Below, one piece after another: positions 1 to 12,394 of a stretch of 64,000 nucleotides of DNA. The stretch is from the NCBI RefSeq assembly GCF_009914755.1, contig NC_060925.1; one strand, given 5' to 3'. The notes under the pieces were generated by a model. That model did no database searches. It was not told the origin of the DNA and saw only the letters and a list, made by a program, of their open reading frames with translations. How positions within the stretch are numbered: the first letter of the stretch is position 1; each line of letters begins with the position of its first letter. The translations under genes and the position numbers were made by a program. Origin of the DNA: the human T2T-CHM13v2.0 reference genome, Homo sapiens.

Positions 1-1180
1 CATAGGCTCAAAATAAAGGGATGGAGGACTATTTACCAAGCAAATGGAAAGCAAAAAAAAGAAAAAAAGAAAAAAAAAAGCAGGGGTTACAATCCTAGTC
101 TCTGACAAAACAGACTTTAAACCAACAAAGATCAAAAACAAAAAAGGGCATTATATAATGGTAAAGGGATCGATGCAACAAGAAGAGCTAACTAACCTAA
201 ATATATATGCACCCAATACAGGAACACCCAGATTCATAAAGCAAGTTCTTAGAGACCTACAAAGAGACGTAGACTCCCACACAATATTAATGGGGGACTT
301 TAACACTCCACTGTCAATATTAGACAGATCAATGAGACAGAAAATTAACAAGGATATTCAGGACTTGAACTCAGCTCTGGAACAAGCGGACCTAACAGAT
401 ACTTAGAGGACTCTCCACCCCAAATCAACAGAGTATACATTCTCCTCAGCACCACATAGCACTTATTCAAAAATCAACCACATAATTAGAAGTAAAACTC
501 CTCAGCAAATGCAAAAGAACGGAAATCATAACAAACAGTCTCTCAGACCACAGTGCAATCAAATGAGAACTCGAGATTAAGAAACTCACTCAAAACCACA
601 CAACTACATGGAAACTGAGCAACCTGCTCCTGGATGACTACTGGATAAAAAATGAAATTAAGACAGAAATAATGAAGTTTTTGAAACCAATGGGAACAAA
701 GAGACAAGCTACCAGAATCCCTGGAACAGGAAAAGCAGTGTTTAGAGGGAAATTTATAGCACTAAATGCCCACATCAGAAAGTGGGTAGGATCTAAAATC
801 TGCCTTCTAAAATCACAATTAAAAGAACTAGAGAAGCAAGAGCAAACAAATTCAAAAGCTAGCAGAAGACAAGAAATAACTAAGATCAGAGCAGAACTGA
901 AAGAGATAGAGACACAAAAAACCCTTGAAAAAAATCAATGAATCCTGGAGCTGCTTTTTTGTCAAGATTAACAAATAGACTGCTAGCGAGACTAATAAAG
1001 AAGAAAAGAGAGAAGAATAAAACGGATAAAGGGGATATCACCACTGATCTTACAGAAATGCAAACTACCATCAGATAATACTACAAACATCTCTACGCAA
1101 ATAAACTAGAAACCCTAGAAGAAATGGATAAATTCCTGGACACGTACATCCGCCCAAGACTAAACCAGGAAGAAGTCGAA

Positions 1181-1321
1181 TCCTCCGTATGCTGAGCGCC
1201 AGTCTCCTGGGCCCACTGTTCCTTCTCTATACTTTGTCTCTATGTCTTATTTCTTTTCTCAGTCTCTCGTCCCATCTGACGAGAAATATCCACAGGTGTG
1301 GAGGGGCAGGCCACCCCTTCA
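1181..1321 (+). mobile_element. HERV-K(HML-2) LTR5A/B 3'-terminal fragment inserted in L1 ORF2
   Basis: TCCTCCGTATGCTGAGCGCC...TCTCTATACTTTGTCTCT...CACAGGTGTGGAGGGGCAGGCCACCCCTTCA matches the recalled LTR5 end up to the terminal CA. L1 resumes at 1326. Confidence 0.85.
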
Positions 1322-2867
1322 TCTGAAGTTCTGAAATAAAAAACCCCAGGACCAGACAGATTCACAGCCAAATTCTACCAGAGGTACAAAGAGGAGCTGG
1401 TACCATTCCTTCTGAAACTGTTACAAACAATAGAAAAAGAGGGACTCCTCCCTAACTCATTTTATGAGGCCAGTGTCTTCCTGAATCCAAAACATGGCAG
1501 AGACACAACAAAAAAAAGAAAATTTCAGGCCAATATCCCTGATGAACACTGATACAAAAATCCTCACTAAAATACTGGCAAACTGAATCCAGCAGCACAT
1601 CAAAAAGATTATCCACCACAATCAAGTTAGCTTCATTCCCGGGATGCAAGGCTGGTTCAAAATACACAAATCAATAAACATAATACATCACATTAACAGA
1701 ACCAATGACAAAAACCACATGATTATCTCAATAGATGCAGAAAAGGCCTTCGATAAAATTCAACACCAATTTCTGATAAAAGCTCTCAATAAACTAAGTA
1801 TTGATGGAACATATCTCAAAATAATAAGAGCTATTTATGACAAACCGGTACTGAATGGGCAAAAGCTGGAAGCATTCCCTTTGAAAACCGTCACAAGACA
1901 AGGATGCCCTCTCTCACCACTCCTATTCAACATAGTATTAGAAGTTCTGGCCAGAGTAATCAAGGAAGAGAAAGAAATAAAGGGTATTCAGATAGGAAGA
2001 GAGGAAGTCAAATTGTCTCTGTTCGCAGATGACATGATTGTATATTTAGAAAACCCCATTGTCTCAGACCCAAAACTCCTTAAGCTGATAAACAACTTCA
2101 GCAAAGTCTCAGGATACAAAATCAATATGCAAAAATCACAAGCATTCCTATACACCATTAATAGATAAGCAGAGAGCCAAATCATAAGTGAACTCACATT
2201 CACAATTGCTACAAAAAGAATAAAATACCTAGGAATACAACTTACAAGGGACATAAAAGACCTCTTCAAGGAGAACAACAAACCACTGCTCCAGGAAATA
2301 AGAAAGGACACAAACAAATAGAAAAACATTCCATGCTCATGGATAGAAGAATAAATATTGTGAAAATGGCCATACTGCTCCAAGTAATTTATAGATTCAA
2401 TGCTATTCCCATCAAGCTACCATTGACTTTCTTCGCAGAACTAGAAAAAGCTACTTTAAGTTTCATATGGATCCAAAAAAGACCCTGTATAGCCAAGACA
2501 ATCCTAAGCAAAAAGAACAAAGCTGGAGGCATCATGCTACCTGACTTTAAACTATACTACAAGGTTACAGTAACCAAAACAGCACGGTATTGGTACCAAA
2601 ACAGATATATAGACCAATGGAACAGAACAAAGCCTCAGAAATAACACCAGGCATCTACAACCATCTGATTTTCGACAAACCTGATAAAAACAAGCAATGG
2701 GGTAAGGATTCCCTATTTAATAAATGGTGATGGGAAAACAGGCTAGCCATATGCAGAAAACAGAAACTATATCCCTCCCTTACACCTTATACAAAAATTA
2801 ACTCAAGATGGATTAAAGACTTAACATAAAACCTAAAACTATAAAAACCCTAGAAGAAAACCTAGGC

Positions 2868-3152
2868 GGCCGGGTGTGGTGGCTGACACATGAAATCCCA
2901 GCACTTTGGGAGGTCAAAGTGGGTGGATCATGAGGTCAGGAGTTCAAGACCAGCCTGGCCAAGATGGTGAAATCCCATCTCCACTAAAAATACAAAAATT
3001 AGCCAGGCGTGGTGGTGAGCACCTGTAATCCCAGCTACTTGGGAGGCTGAGGCGGACCCATGAGGTGGAGGTTGCAGGGAGCCAAGATTGTGCCACTGCA
3101 CTACAGCCTGGGTGACAAAGCAAGACTCTGTCTCAAAAAAAGAAAAAAAAGA
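2868..3152 (+). mobile_element. AluS (Sg-like) inserted in L1
   Basis: Alu dimer with a small right-arm deletion. TSD AAGAAAACCTAGGC at 2854-2867 and 3153-3166. Confidence 0.95.
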
Positions 3153-4821
3153 AAGAAAACCTAGGCAATACCATTCAAGACATAGGCATGGGCAAAGACT
3201 GCATGGCTAAAATACCAAAAACAATGGCAACAAAAGCCAAAATTGACAAATAGGATCCAATTAAACTAAAGAACTTCTGCTCAACAAAAGAAACAAGCGC
3301 CAGAGTGAAAAGGCAACCTACTTAATTGGAGAATATTTTTGCAATCTATACATATGACAAAGGTCTAATATCCAGAATCTACAAGGAACTTAAACAAATT
3401 TATAAGGAAAAAACAACCCCATCAAAAAGCAGGTGAAGGATATAAACAGACATTTCTCAAAAGAAGACATTTATGCATCCAACAAACAGAAAAAGAGCTC
3501 ATCATCACTGGTCATTAGAGAAATGCAAATCAAAACCACAATGAGATACCATCTCACACCAGTTAGAATGGCAATCATTAAAAAGTCTGGCAAAAACAGA
3601 TGCTGGCGAGGATGTGGAGAAATAGGAATGCTTTTACATTGTTGGTTGGAGTGTAAATTAGTTCAACCATTGTGGAAGACAGTGTGGCAATTCCTCAAGA
3701 ATCTAGAACCAGAAATACCTTTTGGCCCAGCATTCCCATTACTGGGTATATACTGAAAGCATTATAAATCATTCTACTATAAAGGCACACGCACACGTAT
3801 GTTTATTGCAGCACTATTTACAATAGCAAAGACTTAGAACCAACCCAAATGCCCATCAATCATAGAATGGATAAAGAAAACATGGCATATATACACCATG
3901 GAATACTATGCAGCCATAAAAAAGAATGAGTTCATGTCCTTTTTAGCAACAGGGATGAAGCTGGAAACCATCCCTGGTTTCCATGTAAGAACACATGGAC
4001 ACAGGGAGGGGAACATCACACACGGGGGCCTGTCAGGTGTTAAGGGGCGAGGGAGAGCATTAGGACAAATACCTAATGCATGCAGAGCTTAAAACCTAGA
4101 TGAACGGGTTGATAGTTGCAGCAAACCATCATGGCACATGCATACCTATGTAACAAAGCTGCACGTTCAGCACATGTTTCCCAGAACTTAAAGTAAAATT
4201 AAAAATAAATAAATTAATTAATAATAATAATAGTGTCAAAAAGTAGTCTGGCATAATATTGACAGAATAAAGTAAGCAATAACCATAAAAAATTGAACAA
4301 ATTATTACAAGTAGGTATTGCTGCCTGCTTTATTTGCTTCTATCTTGACTATCTCTAAAGTCTAAAATAAATCTACTTATCTAAAGTTGGGCCCAAATAA
4401 TACCTATTCCAGAAACCATTTGTAACTGCCAGCATAAAGTAAACTTCAATTTCTGTTTCTCTTACTCTTCTCACCACAGACTATGTTGTATTAATATTTG
4501 AATATTGGTCTTATTTCTTCTGTTGGGATCTAGATTTCTTGCAAGAACAAAATATATTATCATTGCTTCCCATGATACTTTATATAGTACTTTGCATAGA
4601 ATATCTGTCACATGAATGAACTAAAGAAAAAATCAGTGCATGAATAAATGAATGGTTGCATTTATGAATTGTTACGTTATTTAGAAACATTCACTGTAAG
4701 CATTACCAAGATCTTGCATGTATGCTATTTCTAAATTTAGAAGAAAATGGTTAATGTATTATACTCAGGAAATCTCCCCTGAGCCCTACATGCCACCATT
4801 CACTCACTCATTCATTCAACA

Positions 4822-5100
4822 TTTTTTTTTTTTTGAGATGGAGTCTTGCTCTGTCGCCCAGGCTAGATCTTGGCTTACTGCAACCTCCACCTCCTGGATT
4901 CAAGCGATTCTCCTGCCTCAGCCTCCCAAGTAGCTTGGACTACAGGTGTGTGCCACCACACCTGGATAATTTTTGTATTTTTAGTAGAGATGAGGTTTCA
5001 CAATATTGGTCAGGCTGGTCTTGAACTCCTGACTTTGTGGCCCACCTGCCTCAGCCTCCCAAAGTGCTGGGATTACAGGCGTGAGCCACTGTGCCTGGCC
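4822..5100 (-). mobile_element. AluS inserted in an L2 3' end
   Basis: Poly-T then GAGATGGAGTCTTGC...GAGCCACTGTGCCTGGCC. Flanking TCAACATT repeat. Confidence 0.93.
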
Positions 5101-5129
5101 TCAACATTGTTTTTTGAGTGCCTATTATA

Positions 5130-5464
5130 CATAGTTTTCCCTCAGTAGCTGCAGTGGATTGGTTCCAAGACCTCTCTGAGAGGCCAAAATCTATGGATGC
5201 TCAAGCTTCTGATATAAAATGGCATAATATTTCCATAAAACCTGTGCACATTCACCTGTATACTTTGTCATCTCTTGATTACTTGTTATACCTATACAAT
5301 GTAAATGCTATGTAAATTGTTGCTATATTGTATTATTTATGTAATAGTGACAAGAAAAAAGTCTGTACATGTTCAATACAGACACAATATTTTTTCCATA
5401 TGTTTTCTTTCTGTGGTTGATTGAATCCATGAATGTGGAACCCACAGATACAATGGGCCAAATG
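5130..5464 (+). mobile_element. MER2 (Tigger-family non-autonomous DNA transposon)
   Basis: GGATTGGTTCCAAGACC...ATGGATGCTCAAG...TATAAAATGGCATAATATTT...TTGAATCCATGAATGTGGAACCCACAGATAC. TA-flanked. Confidence 0.8.
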
Positions 5465-6310
5465 TATCAGGCACTGCACAAAGCAGTGAACATCATTCTT
5501 TACTTGCCAACTGAGTGTTCTTTCGAAAGCAGAAAATCTCCTGTGTTTCACTATTATCTTCCAGATAAAGTTGACATTTTTTAGCATGGTACATATGTAT
5601 CTGCCTTAATCTCATTCATGTTGCTAATACTTTTGTCTACTTTTTCAGAAGGCAGAAAAAGAAGATAACTACATCACTATGTAATCCAATAAATCTGATT
5701 ATTTTCAGAGCAAGGGATGCATTATTTATTAAGTACTAACTGAGCAGCTTTAATGAGTGCTCTGGGAATCTAAAAGGGAGGATTTGATGAGCATTCTGCT
5801 CTCCAGGTTCCTTCTTCTCAGTTTGAACTTTGGTCCCTAATTTCAGAACTCCCTGACTGAGATTCAAAACTTATTCAAAGTTTGTTTTCTTAACGTTTTA
5901 ATGTAGATGGTATAAAATATTTTTTGAAAATGTTAATTGGCTCAAGTGGATTTAAACTGTGCACTATAGGTTTCCTAAAAAAAGATATATAAAAATTGAT
6001 TAATCATTTATGTGTATGTATACATGATATACAGAAGACACACCTACCCGCCCACCATGGAATTAACATATCCTTATAGTACAAATATTAAGCCTGACTT
6101 AAGACCAGAGAGAGTGACATAGAAGAAAATCGGTAACATTTCCAGGTTTTCATATGAAGTCCCTATTCTTGGAAAATCCAAATTCAGGGATCTTAATAGC
6201 TGGCTAAATTTTCACATTGGTTAAAAACATAATGTATCTTATTTTTACACTTTAATGAACTCATTTGTATCAACATTTGCTGTTTTAAATAATGATTTTC
6301 GCATATTCTA

Positions 6311-6605
6311 TTTTTTTTTAAGACAGTATCTTGCTCTGTCACCCAGGCTGGAGTGCAGTGGTGCAATCTTGGCTCACTGCAGCCTCCACCACCTTGTGTT
6401 CAAGCAATTCTCCTGCCTCAGCCTCCTGAGTAGCTGGGATTACAGGTGTGCACCACCACACCCAGCTAATTTTTGTACATTTAGTAGAGTCAGGATTCCA
6501 CCATGTTGGCCAGGCTGGTCTTGAAGAACTCCTGACCTCAAGTGATCTGCCCACCTTGGCCCGCCAAAGTGCTGGCATTACAGATTTGAGCCACCACACC
6601 TGGCC
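6311..6605 (-). mobile_element. AluS
   Basis: Full antisense Alu dimer. Confidence 0.95.
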
Positions 6606-7589
6606 ATCTATGCTTCATTTATAAATTTATGATACCAAAAGTCTTCTGAGATTTAATGATACATGATCCTTGCTCTTTAGAAAACTAAATATATATAAAT
6701 ATGATTTTCTGATATAACTGAAGCATTCATTACAGACAGCCTTTAAATAGGAAGCTCTTGATGAATGTAAATGCTGACAGTTCATCAACTAATTGACAGA
6801 ATATCCTGAAGGGCAGAGAAATGGCAAAGGTGTTATGAAGGATTGTCAATTGCAAATCAATTAGAAATGCAGATAAAATAAACTGTTCTAATGTAAGTCA
6901 ATGTAAGCAGATTTGCCCTTATTTAATTTGCATATAGCTTTTTAGAAATTTACCAAATGAATAAAAGACACATTTTCATAACATTAATTCAAAGCTTTAA
7001 CATTTCTGTGCTCTTGTCTCCAGGTTGCAAATTTCTCAAATTAATCTCTAAATTTTTTAAAACATGATTTTGGCCCAATGAGACTAGCCTTTCTTACACA
7101 AAATTAATTACATGAATATAGTAAACCCTTTATACATTTCCGAGCTGTAAAAACTCCTCTGCCACACCAGATTGTCCAGCTTTTATGCAAAGTTCAAATC
7201 TACTTTTTTTGGTCAGGATTTTTTTCCTGCCCTTCAGTCCTACTTTTCAAACTCCAAACAAAAAACACGTTTACTAAATCCTCAAACCCAGTAGAGCATG
7301 TATTCTTTAAACACCTCTTTATGGAACACCAGCCTTGTGCTAGGTACCACGCTAAGTGCTGGTAATGCAGTACTAACCAAATAATACTTTCAATATTATT
7401 TAGGCTCCAGTCTAAAACCATCTCCAAACTCCTTCTGTTACATAAAAGCTTCCAACTGTTCCTCCCATTTAAAATCACACTTTAGGCTGTATTCTCTGAA
7501 ATCATTATTTTAGTTTTTCTTTCTTTCTCCTCATTCTTTATATTCAGTTTGCTACATAGTACTACCTTCTGCAAAATTTTGGTGATATT

Positions 7590-7820
7590 TATTTATTAAT
7601 TTATAAAAAATTCATTGAACAACTACCATGTGTCAGTCACTATTCTAGATTGTGGAAATATAACAATGAAAAACAGACAAAACATGTTACATATTACAGG
7701 GGAGATATAGGTAATAAATAAAAATAAAGTGGTAAGGAAAGCTATGAAAAAGCAGTTCCTGGAAAGGATTAGAAAGTGTCATTGTGAGCAGATTAATTTT
7801 AGTAGTCAAAGAAGACCATC
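7590..7820 (-). mobile_element. L2 fragment
   Basis: TTCATTGAACAACTACCATGTGTCAGTCACTATTCTAG is a typical L2 3'-end motif. Confidence 0.55.
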
Positions 7821-8520
7821 TTTTGCTCTGTATATGACATAGAGTATCCCTGGCCTCTTATCATCTCTTACTTGCAATCTCCAGTCTCCCTGGTTCCATA
7901 TCTCACCCTCCCATTCATCTTTTTTTCAGTCATTCCAGACTACTCTTCAGAGGAGACGAAGTCGATCACATCACACATTTTATAATAACTTCCAATGGAG
8001 TTTATGTTAAACATTGACTCTATTCTAATTAACTGTAATCTAAACATAGATTCAATTCTAAAATCATTTGTTTGCTCTGAACCTCCTGACGTCACCTTAA
8101 AATGACTTCCCACTCCTCCCTGATGCTGACTCCCAAGCTTCATCATCTTCCTTCCATATCTCTGTTCATGCCATCCCCCTGTCTTGGAATTCTCTAACTC
8201 CTTCTTTTCAGTATTCTTTCTACCCTTCATTTAAGCTTCACCTCAAGCCTCACTTTTCTTTTGAAATTAATCTGTCTAATCTAGTATTTATACACAGTCT
8301 CTTACCCCAAACTTCCACGTGAAGACTGAAAACCAACAACTTAGTTCTTCATTCTGTCCCAACTTACATCACTCTGATTACTGCGTGTTAGGTTCCATCC
8401 TCCTTCAGCCCTCAGTACTGACATCAGCACTACTCATCACATGGTATCTTTGTCTTCTGGGAACAGGCACAAAGCTCTTGAATGTTCCTTTAAATAGCCC
8501 CCATCTTCTATAGCAAGGGC

Positions 8521-8667
8521 TCCATGTGTGCTTTATGTCCAATGTTTAGCTCCAATTTATAAGTAAGAACATGTGATACTTGATTTTCTGTTTCTGTGTT
8601 AATCTAGTTAGGATAATGGCCTCCAGCTGCATCCATGTTGCTGCAAAGGACATAATTCTGTTCTTCT
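8521..8667 (-). mobile_element. Short L1 (L1PA16/L1PB-like) fragment at the ORF2 end/3' UTR, no tail
   Basis: GGATAATGGCCTCCAGCTGCATCCATGTTGCTGCAAAGGACAT. Confidence 0.8.
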
Positions 8668-8967
8668 TCAATAACAAGTTTATTGATTGTGAATATTTTT
8701 GTTTGATTGCTTTTGTTTCTTAAGACAGACAACCTGGAAACACTCTCTTTCTTAGGTTTTAGGTGGCTAATCTCCCTGTTCTAACAAAACCTTGAAGCCC
8801 TACTTGAAATATTCAATCTCTTGTAGATTCATTTTGTCACTACCTATCTGCAGTAAATAATTTGGTTTCCTACATCAAAAATTTTCACTAAATAATAAAG
8901 TTCCAAAACTGTAACTCCAGAGAACATTATTTAGATTACTTCTTCTAGAGAAAAATGTTTTTAAAAA

Positions 8968-9490
8968 ATAATTTCAACTTTTATATTAGATTCAGAGGGT
9001 GCATGTGCAGGTTTGTTACATGGGTATGTTGCATGATGCTGAGGTTTAGGGTAATATGATCTATCATCCAGGTAGTGAACATAGTACCTCATAGGTAGTT
9101 GCTCTGACCACACCCCGTCTTCCTCCTCCCTCTAGTAGAGGCAAGCGTCTATTGTTCCCATCTTTATGTCCATGTGTATTCATTCAATATTTGACTCCCA
9201 CTTATAAGTGAGAACATGTGGTATTTAGTTGTCTGTTTCTGTGTTAATTCGCTTAGAATAATGGCCTCCTGCTGCATCCATGTTGCAGCAAAACATAAAA
9301 GGAATGTAATTTTGTTTGTTTTTATGGCTGCATAGTATTCCATAGTATATGCATACCACATTTTCTCTATCTACTCCACCATTAATGGGTAACTAGGTTC
9401 ATTCCATGTCTTTGCTCTTATGATTAGCACTGTAATGAACATATGAGAGCATGTGTCTTTTTGTAGAATGACCTATTTTCCTTTGGGTAT
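8968..9490 (-). mobile_element. L1PA16/L1PB-like 3' end
   Basis: TTTCAACTTTTATATTAGATTCAGAGGGTGCATGTGCAGGTTTGTTACATGGG. ORF fragment [14 protein letters not shown]. Confidence 0.88.
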
Positions 9491-9492
9491 TC

Positions 9493-9567
9493 ATATGGTT
9501 TGCATCTGTGTCCCCACCACCCAAATCTCACGTTGATGTGTAATTCCTAATGTTGGAAGTGGAACCT
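9493..9567 (+). mobile_element. MST-type MaLR LTR 5' fragment
   Basis: ATATGGTTTGCATCTGTGTCCCC...CCCAAATCTCACGTTG...TGTAATTCCTAATGTTGGA. Confidence 0.7.
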
Positions 9568-10838
9568 TTATTTATTGATGGATTTTTGCCCTGGGTTTCA
9601 CAGGCCATGTTTATTGAATATTGATGTTGTAATTTGTCAAGTGAACCAGTAGATGATGGTTAAGAGTAATGACTGGCAGATAGGTTCTTACTCAACCATG
9701 CATCTCCTTTGTATTTCAGCGCATTTGCAGCAGTTCTTTGTGGTATAGGAGGGGGAGAAAGATGATCCCCTCACTATGTCTTCTCCTGCGCCTTGGAAGA
9801 GCTCCCTCCAACCACTGGCACAAGGCCCGCATTTCCTTTGCTAGGTATTCTGAGCCGTGGGCTCCATCAGGCAGAGGACACAGCTGGCAGACAGGCCACA
9901 GGTTCCTTTCTAGGACCAGCCCTGTAAAGGAAGGCACATCCTTGCTCTGGCGCTGGCCCACTAGCCCATGCATCTCACCTCTCTCAGTGTTCTCAGAGTG
10001 GGGGGATCCTCACCAACATGAGCACCGGCTGTGAATCTTGGTTGAGCACTCCTGAGCAGCACTACAGCCCTATGGCATTGAGACCAGCCCGTGGCTCCAT
10101 CTCCAGTCCCTTGAGGTCCGGCACCAGTGGCACTGGAGGATCCAAAGTACACCCAAGCTTCCAAGAAAGTACTCAGATGGGGCCCCTGCAAAACACCCAG
10201 GTTGGGTAGCAGAGGCTGCACTGTGTACACAACCCCGCAGGAGCGGCCAGGTATGGGCTTTGGGAGGGGCTGGCAGGGAGGTAGGCCTGCAGAACAGATG
10301 TGCTCCACTCCCAGTGGAAAGTCTGCTGTGCTCTCTCTTGGCCCTATGGTCAGCTTGGGCTAGAGCTATTCAGAGGGAGATGGGGAGCCTTGGGAGTTGA
10401 ACACCTATTAATATGTCCACATTCCACTGCAGCTGCCCTGTGCGTGCAAACTCCGTGGGCTCTGTGCAGGCTGGAGCTCTGTCTCTGCCTACTTTTAGTG
10501 CAGATCCCCCTGCCAGTTCAAATGTCTATGGAGGTCGTGAGCTCTCTTGTAGTTAGGATCCCAGGCGTCTGCAGCAAGAGTTGGCTGTCCCTCTGTCCCT
10601 TCATTCACCCCTTACTTAGTAGCTATTGAGGGGCAGGCACTAGCCCTGGCATTCAGCAACCCTGCACAGGACTCAGCTTTCCCCCCTTCAGCCTTGGTGT
10701 CTGAGCCATGGCTCCATTGACTCAGTGTTTTCTCTCTAAAGATCTTTTCAAAGTTTGTTGGTTTACTTGAGAATTTGGTCTCCCTCCATGGGAGTAGCAC
10801 TTCTGGATGCACTGAATGGCCCATGTTGTCTCTCCTCA
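9568..10838 (-). mobile_element. Old primate L1 5' UTR (L1P4/L1PB-type)
   Basis: GC-richer block resembling an antisense L1 5' end, terminating ...GGCCCATGTTGTCTCTCCTC. Confidence 0.6.
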
Positions 10839-12394
10839 ATTATTTATTTTTATTCATTGTCAAAACTTCCTTTAATCCTAGACTGCATTCTAGAATATAT
10901 AGTTGGTTTTAAATTATAACACTTTGTAATTCATACCAAAATTCATCATCTTTGTATACCAAAAATCCAAAAATAAATTTGTCTTTTCAACTTTGTATGA
11001 ATAATTGTGATGATATTTTGTCATCCCTTGATAGTCTACTTGTTTCTGACACTTCTGGGCATGGTAAAATTGTGACCCAAAATTTGCTTATCACTCTTCA
11101 ATTTACAAGACAGATGAAGGCAAGGCAATCTTAGTCTGGTCCAGTTTTCTGTAACCCAGGAGACCAAAGAATGTAAACATGAAAGGGCCCTCTAACAGAG
11201 TGCACGTGTCATGTTTTATGTAGCTAATCTGTCCTTGGGTGCATCCTCTTTGCCTAATTTGTAAGAGGTACACAGATAGAAATCTGGATTATTTATATTG
11301 TTTTCTGTGCTCTTGGCTACTTCATCCCAATAATATCACATATAGCATGCCTCATAGAAACAAAAAGTTTAAATCTTGTTGGAACTTTGCCTAGGGAGAT
11401 TTTGCTTCTTTTTTCAACTCCATTGCCATAACCTCAGAGTCTCCCTAGGATAATATACACACAAAGAGAGAAAAAACTGATTCTCTGCTTTACTTGAATG
11501 CTTCTGGGTATGATAAAATAACATTCTGTTCCTTTGTATATTAGTATAATTTCACCCAGCTTTACTTTCTATTGCTAGTTTAAAATTTGAGTTATTTTAA
11601 AAGGGAAAAAATACAAGTACATATAATGTATATTTTTATTATTGCAAACTCTGTTCATTCCAGCTGTATGCTGAAGGCATTAGCCTACGCCTGTAAGAAG
11701 AATGATCCATATCAGTGGACCCATCCCAAGTGATCCATCCCAATCATGTCTAATCTGCATCTAGCACCTTCACTGTAACATAACAAATCCTTGAAAGGGA
11801 AAAGTCAGATGTATAAATAAATAAATAAATGCAAGTTCTTTTTTTTTAATTTGATATTTCTATAATGAGGGCTCTTCTGATAATTTTTAAGTACAGATCA
11901 ATATTTAATCATTAATGATCATATTGGGAATTGGAAGAATATTTTGAAATATTTCAACCATAGCAAAATTTAAATAAATCATGTGAGCTTTCAGGTATCA
12001 TTCAGAACCCAAGGCTATATGACTAGCATAAAAATGAAAGAAAACAAATTGATCAAATTATGAAAAAATAAGTTGTCTTAATGTCCACATCAATTTAGCA
12101 ATTCAATTTTTATATCCATCAAATCGAGGTGAATTCTTTTACTCAGGCAGGATAATCTTCTTGATTTGGTCAGACTGAGCTATTTCCTAGTTCCTGTATG
12201 TACTCTCTCACTTTGCCTAGATTTCCCTTCCCCCATCTGTCCATACACAAATTCCATCTATCCTTCAATAACAATTTAAATGGCACCTCTTCCATTAAGT
12301 ACTTCTCATAATTTCAAACTGAAAATATTATTAACTTTTTAAAATTGTAGCTTTTTGGTTATGAAACTTGCCATAATGATCATTAATTAATTTC

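Larger units (their letters stand above)
1..4230 (+). mobile_element. LINE-1 (L1PA7-like), ORF2 through 3' UTR and A-rich tail; runs off the window 5' edge; degraded
   Basis: ORF fragments show endonuclease (NIYAPNTG, GDFNTPLS), RT ([26 protein letters not shown]) and C-terminal ([10 protein letters not shown]) motifs. The 3' UTR ends CCCAGAACTTAAAGTAAAAT plus an A/T tail. Multiple stops and frameshifts. Confidence 0.95.

Noticed and set aside
1644-2168. 174-aa reverse transcriptase ORF
   Set aside because: It is a fragment of a frameshifted L1 ORF2, not an independent RT gene or retron-like system.
9716-10839. Dense ORFs in a GC-richer block suggesting a gene or promoter
   Set aside because: Better explained as an antisense L1 5' UTR. 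No recognisable protein.
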